Source: an uncultured Eubacteriales bacterium (lineage in GTDB: Bacteria; Bacillota; Clostridia; Oscillospirales; QAKW01). Taken from it: a stretch of DNA of 64,000 nt. The notes under the pieces are model-generated. The model was not told the DNA's origin. It was given only the letters and a program-made list of their open reading frames with translations, and did no database searches. The position numbers and the translations under genes are program-made. Positions 17,882-28,170 of the stretch are shown here, one piece after another (within the stretch, counting starts at the first letter, position 1; each line of letters starts with the position of its first letter). The stretch covers positions 7,601 through 71,600 of the forward strand of contig CABULU010000001.1 of the NCBI GenBank assembly GCA_902492505.1, written 5' to 3'.

Positions 17882-19269
17882 TTATATCTGCTGTTTATTT
17901 CCGCTGCCCTGACGTATACTTCGCCAAATGTATTATATACAGTGTCGGGCGAGCCGTAAAGCTCTACAGGCATCTTATCCGACAGAAATTTCTCCTCTAT
18001 CTTCATATCAGCGTTGTAAAGCCCTCCGCTTTGTTCACAAAACGTAAGATAACTGTCCGCCTCTGTCGGACTGAGTCCGATATCGTGGATAAGTCCGTCA
18101 GCCCGGCTTTCTGAATACCTTGCACTCCAAAGCGTCATAAACGCCGCCGCCGCACCTCTCTTATCCTCTGCAATCGTCCCGGAAAGTCCCATGGCAGTGC
18201 CGCAAAATTCACCGATATATCTGCCCTCATCAGTAAATTTCGGAACCGGCGTCCAGCCCAATTCAAAATCACCTTTTGCCGGCGTATCTGCAAACATAAA
18301 AAGCGTATTGCCGGCTTTAAAGGAATAATCCCCGTCCGCCGTGCCTCCGTCCTTATTGAACAGTGTACCGAACGCCTCAAAAGAATCTATTACCGTCTCG
18401 TCAGTCAGCGCAATCACATATCCGCCGCCGCTGATTCCGCTGCCCTGAGTTTTACCCGCCGAACCAAAAGAGAGCCAGCTGTCACACTCCAAAAGTCTGT
18501 TGGCGTCAACGTCCATGCCGTTATATATAACCGATAACTTATCAGTTGTCCACAAGTTTTCGGTATACAGCTTAAAGGGGTCACTTTCACCCGTAAGCTT
18601 TTTGTTATACCACAGCACACGGCTGTTTCCCCTTGCCGTAAACAGTTTACCGCCCGTCAGTTCAAATATACGCGACGACAACGGTGCAGAATCGTTTAGC
18701 GTTACAATATCCTTTGCACTCTGCATAAGAGACAGCATCGCGGCACAGTCGTTTACTTTCGTACTGATTATATCGGGGTTTTTACCGGCCTTTACGGCAA
18801 TCAGCTGAGATGAATACAGTGTTTTGTCAGACCGAAGTGTATAGCTGAGCTTCAGACCGTATTCCTTTTCAAGCGAGTCGAACCATTCCTTTTCATCCAT
18901 GCTTCCGGCGGAAAAGGCGCTGTCCTCAGGCGTATAAAAGCTAAGCTCAATACCGCGCAGCTGCGGGGTCTTGAACGCAACAATATTCTGTCCGTCTATA
19001 TCGGCTGTCGGACGTATATGATCGTTTTTCGTTTTATTTTTGAGATACCGCGCGCCGTCGGTAAGATCCTCATCAGACTGTATGTCATTTGAGGTCTGCT
19101 GCTCCGGTTCTGCTTTCTCATTCTGCTCCATGGAGCTTTCCTGCTCAGACGCAGACGTCTGCTGATTATCATTGGCATTATCCGACGGCGGAGTTTTAAT
19201 ATTATCCGGTGCACAGGAAAACAGCAAAAGCATAAGCAGAGCAGACATCAAAGCAAAAACGCGCCTCAT
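17878..19269 (-). CDS. lipoprotein, solute-binding-protein-like, function unknown
   Basis: Signal peptide plus lipobox LLFSC. A low-complexity acidic linker precedes a large globular domain. 4-nt overlaps with both neighbouring genes. Confidence 0.6.
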   Translation of the reverse strand: MRRVFALMSALLMLLLFSCAPDNIKTPPSDNANDNQQTSASEQESSMEQNEKAEPEQQTSNDIQSDEDLTDGARYLKNKTKNDHIRPTADIDGQNIVAFKTPQLRGIELSFYTPEDSAFSAGSMDEKEWFDSLEKEYGLKLSYTLRSDKTLYSSQLIAVKAGKNPDIISTKVNDCAAMLSLMQSAKDIVTLNDSAPLSSRIFELTGGKLFTARGNSRVLWYNKKLTGESDPFKLYTENLWTTDKLSVIYNGMDVDANRLLECDSWLSFGSAGKTQGSGISGGGYVIALTDETVIDSFEAFGTLFNKDGGTADGDYSFKAGNTLFMFADTPAKGDFELGWTPVPKFTDEGRYIGEFCGTAMGLSGTIAEDKRGAAAAFMTLWSARYSESRADGLIHDIGLSPTEADSYLTFCEQSGGLYNADMKIEEKFLSDKMPVELYGSPDTVYNTFGEVYVRAAEINSRYK

Positions 19270-19706
19270 TTGTGTTCAACCCCGCAGTCGCCGCAGCAGG
19301 AAGTACAGGAACAGCCGGGAGATTCAATATCGTTTTCAATCCCGTTTTTGTCGTAATAATCTTTTACCGCCGCCTTGACTGCCTCCTCGGCAAGAACGGA
19401 ACAGTGAACCTTTACGGGCGGAAGACCGTCCAGCGCCTCAATAACTGCTTTATTTGTAAGCTTCAGTGCATCTTTAACCGATTTTCCCTTGATAAGCTCT
19501 GTTGCCATGGAGCTTGTCGCAACTGCCGCGCCGCAGCCGAAAGTTTTAAATTTTACATCTGTTATAATATCGTTATCTATTTTAAGATACATTCTCATAA
19601 TATCGCCGCATTTGGCGTTGCCCACCTCGCCGACGCCGTCGGCATTTTCAATTTCTCCGACATTCCTTGGGTTAGAGAAATGGTCCATTACCTTTTCACT
19701 GTACAT
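19266..19706 (-). CDS. nifU: Fe-S cluster scaffold NifU/IscU-type
   Basis: HFSNPRNVG...GNAKCGDIMRMYL...FKTFGCGAAVATSS are canonical IscU motifs. Confidence 0.9.
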   Translation of the reverse strand: MYSEKVMDHFSNPRNVGEIENADGVGEVGNAKCGDIMRMYLKIDNDIITDVKFKTFGCGAAVATSSMATELIKGKSVKDALKLTNKAVIEALDGLPPVKVHCSVLAEEAVKAAVKDYYDKNGIENDIESPGCSCTSCCGDCGVEHK

Positions 19707-19725
19707 ATAGTCTTTCCTTTCTTAT

Positions 19726-20904
19726 TTATTTTTTATTGTCCGGTCTGTTTTCCCAAACAGGCGACATTGCCCGAAGTCTGTCCACAACCTGCGGCAAAAC
19801 CTCCAAAATATAATCAATATCCTCATCTGTTGTCTCATCGTTTATGGTAAGGCGCAGCGAACCGTGCGCAACCTCGTGTGTAAGCCCCAGCGCCAGCAGC
19901 ACATGCGACGGATCAAGCGAACCCGTAGTACATGCCGAGCCGCTGGAAGCACAGACGCCGTTCAAGTCAAGCAGAAGAATCAGGCTCTCCCCCTCTATAT
20001 ACTCAACGCTTATATTAACATTCCCGGGCAAACGGTGCTCCCTGCCGCCGTTAAGGCGCGTATAAGGAATATTTTCCAAAATACCGTCTATTAAACGGTC
20101 GCGCATTGCCGTAACACGCGGGGTAACCTCATCAATACGGGACAGAGCCAAGGACAACGCCTCGGCAGTGCCTATAATGCCGGCAATATTTTCCGTACCT
20201 GCGCGTTTTCCCCGCTCCTGTCCTCCGCCGAGAATGAGATTTTTCGGATTAACGCCGCGCTTTACATACAAAACACCCGTGCCTTTAGGTCCGCCGAATT
20301 TATGCGCCGACAGCGAAAGCATATCGATGTTTTCCGACCTTACGTCTATTTTCAAATGACCTGCCGCCTGTACTGCATCGGTATGAAACGGAATTTTATG
20401 CTCTCTGGCAATCGCGCCTATTTCCTTTATCGGCTGAACAGACCCTATTTCGTTGTTTGCATACATTATCGTAATAAGAATAGTATCCTCGCGTATCGCC
20501 GCCCGAAGCTCATCCAAAGATATAATACCATCACTGTCAACGTCGAGATAGGTTGCTTCAAATCCCTCTTTTTCAAGAGCCTGCACAGTATGAAGCACCG
20601 CATGATGCTCTATTTTGGATGTTATTATATGACCCCTGCCGCGTTTTTTCGCTATTCCGGCTATTGCCATATTGTCGCTCTCGCTGCCGCCGGAGGTAAA
20701 AATTATCTCATTTGGCTCACAGTTTAAACACTGAGCTATTTTTTCGCGTGCATGCATTATTGCAACGGCGCTGTCGCGCCCGATAGAGTAAATGCTGGAC
20801 GGATTGCCGTAATGTTCCGTAAAATAAGGAATCATTTTGGCAAAAACCTCCGGTCTTACACGGGTTGTTGCTGCGTTGTCAGCATATACAAACCTTTTTT
20901 CCAA
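19726..20904 (-). CDS. nifS: cysteine desulfurase NifS
   Basis: [18 protein letters not shown] (PLP lysine) and SSGSACTTG catalytic Cys loop. Confidence 0.9.
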   Translation of the reverse strand: MEKRFVYADNAATTRVRPEVFAKMIPYFTEHYGNPSSIYSIGRDSAVAIMHAREKIAQCLNCEPNEIIFTSGGSESDNMAIAGIAKKRGRGHIITSKIEHHAVLHTVQALEKEGFEATYLDVDSDGIISLDELRAAIREDTILITIMYANNEIGSVQPIKEIGAIAREHKIPFHTDAVQAAGHLKIDVRSENIDMLSLSAHKFGGPKGTGVLYVKRGVNPKNLILGGGQERGKRAGTENIAGIIGTAEALSLALSRIDEVTPRVTAMRDRLIDGILENIPYTRLNGGREHRLPGNVNISVEYIEGESLILLLDLNGVCASSGSACTTGSLDPSHVLLALGLTHEVAHGSLRLTINDETTDEDIDYILEVLPQVVDRLRAMSPVWENRPDNKK

Positions 20905-20905
20905 T

Positions 20906-21355
20906 TTATATACTTCCTTTCAGAAACTTTTGATATTCGTTCACTGCCATTTTATCGCAGCGTTCATTGTATTCATGACCGTTATGTCCCTTTACCCATG
21001 TAAAGGTAACTTTGTGCTTTGAAAGCTGGCTGTCAAGCCGCTGCCACAGCTCAGGGTTCAACACGGGTTTCCTGTCCGCCTTTTTCCAGCCGCGTGCCTT
21101 CCAGCTTTCCAGCCAACCGAGATTTATTGCGTCGCACAGGTATTTTGAATCGCTGACTATTTCCGCCTCACACGGCTCACACAAAGCCTCCAGTCCGCAT
21201 ATTGCGCCCAAAAGCTCCATGCGGTTATTGGTTGTTTCTTCAAATCCGCCGCTGATACATTTTTCAACGCCGTTATAAACTATTATCGTTCCAAAGCCAC
21301 CCGGACCGGGATTTCCGGAGCAGGCGCCGTCAGAATATATTTTAACCTTTTTCAT
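20906..21355 (-). CDS. rnhA: ribonuclease HI
   Basis: [17 protein letters not shown]...TNNRMEL...[15 protein letters not shown]. Confidence 0.9.
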   Translation of the reverse strand: MKKVKIYSDGACSGNPGPGGFGTIIVYNGVEKCISGGFEETTNNRMELLGAICGLEALCEPCEAEIVSDSKYLCDAINLGWLESWKARGWKKADRKPVLNPELWQRLDSQLSKHKVTFTWVKGHNGHEYNERCDKMAVNEYQKFLKGSI

Positions 21356-21946
21356 TCAGTCAAGCCTTTCGCGCAGCTCATCATACACCTGACGCATAGC
21401 GCTTGTCAGCTTGTTTGAATTGACCTTGTTAAGCTCCGCAAGCGCCGCCTTATCCTCGCCGTCTGACTCTAACTTCTGTGCGGCAAGCAAATAATCGGCA
21501 TTTTCAATAAGCTCCGCTGCCTCATTCAAAAGCTCGGTATCCGTTCCCGACAGCAGCTCGAGCCTTTCCGCCTTTTTCTTATATGTTTCAAGGTCACGTT
21601 TAAGCGCCTCATTTTCGTCCTGTATATTTTTAATGGTTGACTGACTGGACGTCTGAGCGCTTTCATACCTGTCCTGATAATACTCCGCCTTGCTGTTTAT
21701 CTTGCCCTGTATTATAGATGAAACAACAATAAGCACCAGTGCAAACAGGCAGAAAAGCGTAGTATATATCCAAAGCGTTTTAATGTTTTTTTCAAACTGC
21801 ATCTCGCTTACGGCGCCTGCACCGTCCTTATCATCCGATCTTGCGGCAGTCTCGGTCACCGAACCGACATTTTCACTATTTAAGCTGTTTTGAAGCTCGG
21901 GATTAGGGTTATTACTTTCCGTCTGCTTTTTCTTTCTTTTAAACAA
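21356..21946 (-). CDS. hypothetical single-pass membrane coiled-coil protein
   Basis: 196 aa with one TM (LWIYTTLFCLFALVLIVVSSII) followed by a coiled-coil-like region. It sits directly downstream of parB. Confidence 0.6.
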   Translation of the reverse strand: MFKRKKKQTESNNPNPELQNSLNSENVGSVTETAARSDDKDGAGAVSEMQFEKNIKTLWIYTTLFCLFALVLIVVSSIIQGKINSKAEYYQDRYESAQTSSQSTIKNIQDENEALKRDLETYKKKAERLELLSGTDTELLNEAAELIENADYLLAAQKLESDGEDKAALAELNKVNSNKLTSAMRQVYDELRERLD

Positions 21947-21961
21947 ATTACCTGTCCTCCG

Positions 21962-22807
21962 CTATGACAGCATTTCAATGAGCTTTTCCAGCTCTGCCGT
22001 CGAATTATAAAAAATTTCTATTTTACCCGTATTTTTGGGCGAATGTTTTATCTTAACCTTATTCCCCGTGCCGCTCATTGCGCGTTCTTCTAATTTTCTG
22101 ATCGCAAGTTCAACCTCGGGGTCGGTAGATTTTGCAGGCTTTTGACCCTCTCTCAGCTTTTTAATAAGCTCTTCGGTTTTGCGAACCGAAAGCTCGTCAG
22201 TAATAATTTTATTGGCTGCAAGAAGGATATCGTCCGCATTTTCAAGTGCAAGCAATGTGCGGGCATGCCCCGCAGACAACTCGCCTGTCCTTACAAAATC
22301 AAGCACCTGCTCGGGAAGTGACAGCAAACGCAGCGCATTGGCAACGGCGCTTCTCGATTTCGATACTTTAACCGCCACCTGCTCCTGCGTGAGGTTGAAG
22401 CTGTCCATCAGCCGCCGGTAACCGCACGCCTCCTCAAGGGGATTCAGGTTTTCACGCTGCAAATTTTCAACAAGCGATATTTCCGACAGCTCCTGCTCAT
22501 TGTATTCGCGCACAATGACAGGCATCTTCGAAAGCCCCGCCAGCTTTGAAGCGCGCCAGCGCCTCTCTCCAGCAATGATGCGGTATCTGCCGTTTTGCAG
22601 ACGTGTTACAACAATCGGCGAGATAACGCCGTGCTGCTTTATTGATTCTGCCAGCTCGTCCAGCGCCTGCGCGTCAAACTCGCGGCGGGGCTGGTTTTTA
22701 TCCGGCTCGATATCGTTTATATCAGCCTCGGTAACAGGCTTGTCCGCTATATCAAAGGTGTTTTCCTCAAACAGCGCGTCAAGGCCTTTGCCTAAACCCT
22801 TTTTCAT
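21962..22807 (-). CDS. parB: ParB/Spo0J partition protein
   Basis: GLGKGLDALF, IVVT...YRIIAGERRWRA (ParB box II) and the HTH LTQEQVAVKVSKSRSAVAN. Confidence 0.9.
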   Translation of the reverse strand: MKKGLGKGLDALFEENTFDIADKPVTEADINDIEPDKNQPRREFDAQALDELAESIKQHGVISPIVVTRLQNGRYRIIAGERRWRASKLAGLSKMPVIVREYNEQELSEISLVENLQRENLNPLEEACGYRRLMDSFNLTQEQVAVKVSKSRSAVANALRLLSLPEQVLDFVRTGELSAGHARTLLALENADDILLAANKIITDELSVRKTEELIKKLREGQKPAKSTDPEVELAIRKLEERAMSGTGNKVKIKHSPKNTGKIEIFYNSTAELEKLIEMLS

Positions 22808-23583
22808 GCGTTATTCTCTCCTCTCTGGTTACTTAAAAATTCCTTCGCAAGCTCTCTGTATGTAAGCGCGCCCTTGGAATAACGGTCGTAAGCAAACACC
22901 GGCATACCGTGGCTGGGAGCCTCGCACAGCCGCACGTTTCGGGGAATCACGTTTTTATAAACGCTTGTTCCGAAAAACTTTTTGACCTCCCCCGCCACCT
23001 GAAGCGTCAGATTAAGCCTGCCGTCGTACATGGTGAGCAAAACGCCCTCCATATCAAGCGACGGATTTATCGCCTTTTTCACCTGCCGCACGGTATTTAT
23101 CAGCTTTGATACGCCCTCCAGGGCAAAGTATTCAGGTTGAATGGGAATAAGTATCGTATTCGACGCCGCCAGCGCATTTAGCGTGAGAAGCCCAAGTGAT
23201 GGCGGACAATCAATAAAGATAAAATCATAGAGATGGCGCACCTTGTTCAGCGCTGCTTTAAGCAGATACTCCCGGTTGTCCATGACAACCATTTCTATCT
23301 CAGCGCCGGCAAGGTCTATATGCGACGGAAGCACGTCCACGTCAAAGTACGGCGTTTTAACAATGGCGGATTTCGGCTCTGCGCCGCTTATCAGCACGTC
23401 GTAAACGCTTGTCTTAATTCCCTTTGGCGATATTCCGTAGCTTGAAGAAGCGTTGGACTGGCTGTCCATATCCACAAGCAGAACCTTTTTCCCTGCCTCT
23501 GCAAGTGCGCAGACAAGATTAACGGTTGTTGTCGTTTTACCGACGCCGCCCTTCTGATTTACTACTGAAATTATCTTTCCCAT
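22804..23583 (-). CDS. parA: ParA/Soj partition ATPase
   Basis: Deviant Walker A NQKGGVGKTTT. 4-nt overlap with parB. Confidence 0.9.
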   Translation of the reverse strand: MGKIISVVNQKGGVGKTTTTVNLVCALAEAGKKVLLVDMDSQSNASSSYGISPKGIKTSVYDVLISGAEPKSAIVKTPYFDVDVLPSHIDLAGAEIEMVVMDNREYLLKAALNKVRHLYDFIFIDCPPSLGLLTLNALAASNTILIPIQPEYFALEGVSKLINTVRQVKKAINPSLDMEGVLLTMYDGRLNLTLQVAGEVKKFFGTSVYKNVIPRNVRLCEAPSHGMPVFAYDRYSKGALTYRELAKEFLSNQRGENNA

Positions 23584-23695
23584 TTACATTTCCCTGTATA
23601 CCTTTTGTTTTGCCTGAAACTATAACTATTTCTTCGGCGCTAATTATTGTAACATAAAATTAAGTAAAAATAAAGTCTTTTATTATATTTAATAA

Positions 23696-23711
23696 TGTTT
23701 CACGTGAAACA
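23696..23711. promoter_or_regulatory. parS site (perfect consensus TGTTTCACGTGAAACA)
   Basis: Exact 16-bp palindrome read from the sequence, upstream of parA. Confidence 0.85.
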
Positions 23712-23733
23712 TAGAATTGCTTAAATGTTATTA

Positions 23734-23749
23734 TGTTTCACGTGAAACA
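23734..23749. promoter_or_regulatory. parS site (perfect consensus TGTTTCACGTGAAACA)
   Basis: Second identical 16-bp palindrome, with start positions 38 bp apart. Confidence 0.85.
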
Positions 23750-23757
23750 AAATTACA

Positions 23758-23787
23758 ACGGTGCAAAGCTTTATAGCTTTGCACCGT
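23758..23787 (-). terminator. terminator after the parC-like gene
   Basis: acggtgcaaagct / agctttgcaccgt 13-bp stem with a ttat loop. The minus strand continues TGTAATTTT. Confidence 0.7.
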
Positions 23788-23801
23788 CAAATCAAGCCAT
23801 G

Positions 23802-26018
23802 TTAATCAAAAAGATTTTGCTGTAAAGGCTGTTCCATGTCACTATCCCTCAAGAAATGTCCGACAGCGGGAATTGCCTTTGTCCTGTAATAATCGGTATT
23901 TTTAATGCCCGATTCCTCTGCCGATTTAACGTCCGTCAGCGTGTTCTTACCCTTTTGAGTAAATACAATCACACCTTGCGTCGATTTGGTGGTTTTAACA
24001 GGAATAAGCGCGGTATTTACAATAAGAGCTTTGTTGTTAGAAGCAGTAAGCAAAAACTCGCAGTCCTCTTTTATAAATACAGCCCGCACGAGCGGAAATT
24101 TATCGCAGTAAGCGCCAACAAGTCTTTTCCGGTTGGTCTGTGTACGGTACGCCGATACCGGCACCTTAGCCGCCCTGCCGTTTTCAAAGAAAAACACCAT
24201 ATACCCGCTGTAATCGGATGTCGCCGCCATCGCCACAACCGCCTCGTCCTGTTCCATGGACAGCTTCGCGGGCACATACTCGCCAAGGGCGCTCGCCTTT
24301 GTGTCGTCAAACTCATTTACCCGCGTTTTGTAGGCGCAGTGCATGTTTGTGAAAAATATCAGCTCCTGTGCATTGCTGCTCTCAAAGCTTTGGCAAAGCC
24401 TGTCCCCGTCCTTGAAGCTCTGAGTGCTGTTCATCCTCAGCGACTGAGGAGTTATCTTTTTAAAATATCCCTGCTCGGATAAAAACAGTGTGACTGCGTA
24501 ATCCTCCACATGCTCCTCGATGTCCTCTGCAATGTCCTCCACATCATAAACAAGCTCGCTTTTGCGCTCGCTCGGATACTGCTTTTTAATGCGCTTTAAA
24601 TCTTCAATTATTATTTTATGCTGCTTTTTCCTGTCCGCAAGCACACCCTCCAGCTGCGAAATCTCCGTATTCAGCTCCTCGATTTCCTCCACACGCTTCA
24701 GGATATACTCTCGGTTTAGGTGCCGCAGCCGTATATTGGCGATATACTCCGCCTGCACCTCGTCAATTCCAAAGCCAATCATAAGGTTGGGCACAACCTC
24801 GTCGTCATGCTCGGTCTCTCGCACGATTTTGACCGCTTTATCAATGTCCAGCAAAATCGTCTGCAACCCCTGCAACAGATGCAGCTTTTCCCGCGCCTTT
24901 CCCAGGGAAAAATATGTGCGCCGCTTTATGCATTCAGTGCGAAATGCCAGCCACTCGTCGATTATCTCCCGAACAGACATCACTCGCGGCACACCGCCCA
25001 CTAAAATATTGAAATTGCAGCCAAAGCTGTCCTCCAGCGGCGTCATTTTGTACAGCCGCGCCATTGTCTTGTCGGCGTCTGTACCGCGCTTCAGCTCGAT
25101 TCGGATTTTAAGCCCCGACAGGTCGCTCATGTCCTTGACATCGGCAATCTCTTTGAGCTTGCCTGCCTTTACCAAATCAACAATCTTGTCGATTATCGCC
25201 TCAATGGTCGTGGTGTACGGAATTTCGGTCACGATAATGCTTCCCGACTTTTCGTCAATACCATACTTTGCGCGGATGCGCACACTCCCCCGCCCGGTCT
25301 CATAAATCTGCTCAATATCCGACTTATTCATCAAAATTCGCCCGCCCGTGGAAAAATCGGGCGCAGGCATGGTAAGCGCAAAGCTGTGGTCGGGATTTTT
25401 GAGGTACTCAATGACCGTGTCGCACACCTCGCCGAGATTAAACGAGCAGATGTTCGACGCCATGCCGACTGCGATTCCCTGATTGGGCGTTGTAAGTATA
25501 GTCGGAAACGTGACCGGCAGCAGCGACGGCTCGGTCGTGGAGTTATCGTAGTTTGGCACAAAATCCACAGTCTGCTTGTCTATGTCGTCAAACAGCTCGC
25601 GGCATATCGGAGCAAGCCCCGCCTCAGTATAACGCGAAGCGGCATACGCCATGTCCCGCGAATAATACTTGCCGAAATTCCCCTTTGAGTTGATAAACGG
25701 ATGCGGCATCGCCTCATACCCGCGCGTAAGCCTCACCATCGTCTCGTAAATCGCGCCGTCACCGTGCGGGTTAAGCTTCATCGTCGCGCCTACAATGTTG
25801 GCGCTCTTCTGCCGCCCGCGCAAAAGCCCCATGCCGTACATGGTATACAGCAGCTTGCGGTGTGCCGGCTTCAAGCCGTCTATCTCCGGTATCGCGCGCG
25901 ACATGATAACACTCATCGCATACGGCATATAGTTGGTCTCCAGCGTCTGCGTAATTGAGCGCGGTATCGGTTCGCAGTAAACATATTCTTTCTGTACAGA
26001 TTTTTTCTTTTTTGACAT
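23802..26018 (-). CDS. parC: type IIA topoisomerase subunit A (topoisomerase IV ParC-like)
   Basis: YAMSVIMSRAIPEIDGLKPAHRKLLYTM and AASRYTE (catalytic Tyr). 738 aa, distinct from the 833-aa GyrA in this window. Confidence 0.75.
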   Translation of the reverse strand: MSKKKKSVQKEYVYCEPIPRSITQTLETNYMPYAMSVIMSRAIPEIDGLKPAHRKLLYTMYGMGLLRGRQKSANIVGATMKLNPHGDGAIYETMVRLTRGYEAMPHPFINSKGNFGKYYSRDMAYAASRYTEAGLAPICRELFDDIDKQTVDFVPNYDNSTTEPSLLPVTFPTILTTPNQGIAVGMASNICSFNLGEVCDTVIEYLKNPDHSFALTMPAPDFSTGGRILMNKSDIEQIYETGRGSVRIRAKYGIDEKSGSIIVTEIPYTTTIEAIIDKIVDLVKAGKLKEIADVKDMSDLSGLKIRIELKRGTDADKTMARLYKMTPLEDSFGCNFNILVGGVPRVMSVREIIDEWLAFRTECIKRRTYFSLGKAREKLHLLQGLQTILLDIDKAVKIVRETEHDDEVVPNLMIGFGIDEVQAEYIANIRLRHLNREYILKRVEEIEELNTEISQLEGVLADRKKQHKIIIEDLKRIKKQYPSERKSELVYDVEDIAEDIEEHVEDYAVTLFLSEQGYFKKITPQSLRMNSTQSFKDGDRLCQSFESSNAQELIFFTNMHCAYKTRVNEFDDTKASALGEYVPAKLSMEQDEAVVAMAATSDYSGYMVFFFENGRAAKVPVSAYRTQTNRKRLVGAYCDKFPLVRAVFIKEDCEFLLTASNNKALIVNTALIPVKTTKSTQGVIVFTQKGKNTLTDVKSAEESGIKNTDYYRTKAIPAVGHFLRDSDMEQPLQQNLFD

Positions 26019-26062
26019 ATTTTTACTCCAAGTCGGATTTGTAAATTTTGATTAAATACATG

Positions 26063-28045
26063 CTATGACAGGTCAACATCATCGAGGTATTTGTAGCCGT
26101 TATCGGCTATAAAGTCCTTTCTGCCCTGAAGATTGTCACCCAGCAAAATGTCAAACATCTGCGCGGTCGCCTGCGCATCATCGGGAGTTACTTTGATTAG
26201 CCTGCGCGTTTCGGGACTCATGGTCGTAAGCCACATCATGTCCGGTTCATTCTCGCCCAGACCCTTTGAACGCATGACGGTGCACTTTTTGCCCTGATGC
26301 GCATTTACAATGTCGTCCTTGTCCTTGTCCGACCATGCAAACAGCGGCGCGTCCAGCCCCTGCACCGTGATTTCAAACAGCGGCGATTCGGCGATGTACA
26401 CAAACCCCTGCTCGATAAGACTGGGCGTTAAGCGGTACAGCATGGTCAGAATGAGCGTGCGTATCTGAAATCCGTCCACGTCCGCATCGGTGCAGATTAT
26501 TACCTTGTTCCAGCGCAGATTGTCTATATTAAAATTTTGTAAATCTTTGGTATTTTTGTTTTTAATTTCCACGCCGCAGCCGAGGATTTTTAAAAGGTCA
26601 ACGATAATGTCGTTTTTAAAAATCTTGTCGTATTCTGCTTTAAGGCAGTTGAGAATTTTTCCGCGCACCGGCATTATAGCCTGAAAAAATGAGTCTCTAC
26701 CCTGCTTACAGGAGCCGAGCGCCGAGTCGCCCTCAACGATGTACAGCTCGCGCTTTGAAACGTCCTTTGTCTCGCAGTCAACAAATTTCTGTATGCGGTT
26801 GGTTATGTCCAGAGAGCCGGACAGCGTTTTTTTGATGTTCACGCGCTCTCGCTCGCTCTTTTCGCGCGCACGCTTGTTGATGAGCACCTGATTTGCAATT
26901 TTCTGCGCATCGAGCTTGTTTTCGATGAGATAAATTTTAAGGTTGCGGCGCAGAAAATCGGTTGTACACTCTTGGATAAATTTGTTAGTTATTCCTTTTT
27001 TTGTCTGATTTTCATAGCTTGTCTGAGTCGAAAAACAGTTTGAGACGTAAACAAGGCAGTCGGCGATATCCTGAAAGGTTATCTTAGCCTCACTTTTGTT
27101 ATATTTTCCCTCTTGTTTGAGATATGCATCAAGCTCCGCCACAAACGCGCTTCGCAGAGCCTTATCCGGCGCGCCGCCGTGCTCCAAAAAGCTGGAGTTG
27201 TGGTAGTATTCGATAAGGTTGGCGGTGTTGGAAAAGGTGAACGCACAGGACAGCTTGACTTTGTATTCCGGTTTGTCAGCGCGGTCGCGCCCGCGGCGCT
27301 CGTCCTCCCAAAAAATGACAGGAGTCATTGCGCTGTCGCCCGCCGTCTCGGCAATATAGTCGGAAATGCCGTTTTTGTAGAGAAATTCTTTTGTTTCAAA
27401 CCCGTTTTCCGTCTCGCAGCGGAAAATGAAGGTCACGCCGGCGTTGACAATCGCCTGTTTTTTGAGAATGTCTTCAAAATATTCGCGTTCGATTGCAATG
27501 TCGGTGAACACCTCAAGGTCGGGTTTCCAGCGTGTGATAGTGCCGGTGCGCCTGCCCGATGCTTCCTCCTCGTGCAGACCGCCGACGTTTTCGCCTTTTT
27601 CAAAGCGCAGGGTGTATTTTTTTCCGTCTCGGTAGACGGTGACGTCCATGTACTCGGACGAATACTGCGTGGCGCACGCGCCCAAACCGTTAAGACCGAG
27701 TGAATACTCGTAGTTTTCGCCTGAGATGTTGTTGTATTTTCCGCCGGCATACAGCTCGCAGTAGACAAGCTCCCAGCTGAACCGACCCTCTTTGCTGTTG
27801 TAGCCGACCGGGCAGCCGCGCCCAAAGTCCTCAACTTCGATGGAGTGGTCGGCAAAGGCGGTAAGGATGATTTTGTTTCCGTAGCCCTCCCTCGCCTCAT
27901 CGATGGAGTTTGAAAGAATTTCAAATGCGGAGTGCTTGCAGCCCTCCAGTCCGTCCGAACCGAAGATGACGGCGGGGCGGCGGCGCACGCGGTCAGCGCC
28001 TTTTAAAGAGGTTATACTTTCGTTGTTATAATTGTTTCGGGGCAT
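26063..28045 (-). CDS. parE: type IIA topoisomerase subunit B (topoisomerase IV ParE-like)
   Basis: GHKL ATPase motifs, Toprim EGDSALGS and ICTDADVDGFQIRTL. 660 aa. Confidence 0.75.
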   Translation of the reverse strand: MPRNNYNNESITSLKGADRVRRRPAVIFGSDGLEGCKHSAFEILSNSIDEAREGYGNKIILTAFADHSIEVEDFGRGCPVGYNSKEGRFSWELVYCELYAGGKYNNISGENYEYSLGLNGLGACATQYSSEYMDVTVYRDGKKYTLRFEKGENVGGLHEEEASGRRTGTITRWKPDLEVFTDIAIEREYFEDILKKQAIVNAGVTFIFRCETENGFETKEFLYKNGISDYIAETAGDSAMTPVIFWEDERRGRDRADKPEYKVKLSCAFTFSNTANLIEYYHNSSFLEHGGAPDKALRSAFVAELDAYLKQEGKYNKSEAKITFQDIADCLVYVSNCFSTQTSYENQTKKGITNKFIQECTTDFLRRNLKIYLIENKLDAQKIANQVLINKRAREKSERERVNIKKTLSGSLDITNRIQKFVDCETKDVSKRELYIVEGDSALGSCKQGRDSFFQAIMPVRGKILNCLKAEYDKIFKNDIIVDLLKILGCGVEIKNKNTKDLQNFNIDNLRWNKVIICTDADVDGFQIRTLILTMLYRLTPSLIEQGFVYIAESPLFEITVQGLDAPLFAWSDKDKDDIVNAHQGKKCTVMRSKGLGENEPDMMWLTTMSPETRRLIKVTPDDAQATAQMFDILLGDNLQGRKDFIADNGYKYLDDVDLS

Positions 28046-28064
28046 GTTTTAAGTCCTTTTTGTT

Positions 28065-28104
28065 TACTTATTGTAATATTTAATGTATAATATACTTATT
28101 GTAA
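28065..28104. repeat. 12-nt direct repeat TACTTATTGTAA x2 in the parE-like leader
   Basis: Copies at 28065-28076 and 28093-28104, between the predicted promoter and the start codon. Confidence 0.6.
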
Positions 28105-28127
28105 CGTATTTTTGCGGTCTGTGCATT

Positions 28128-28156
28128 ATTATACTATTTTAAACACTTGTTGTCAA
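28128..28156 (-). promoter_or_regulatory. consensus sigma-A promoter for the parE/parC-like operon
   Basis: On the minus strand: TTGACA (28156-28151), 17 nt spacer, TATAAT (28133-28128). Confidence 0.6.
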
Positions 28157-28170
28157 ATATAGTGTAATTA

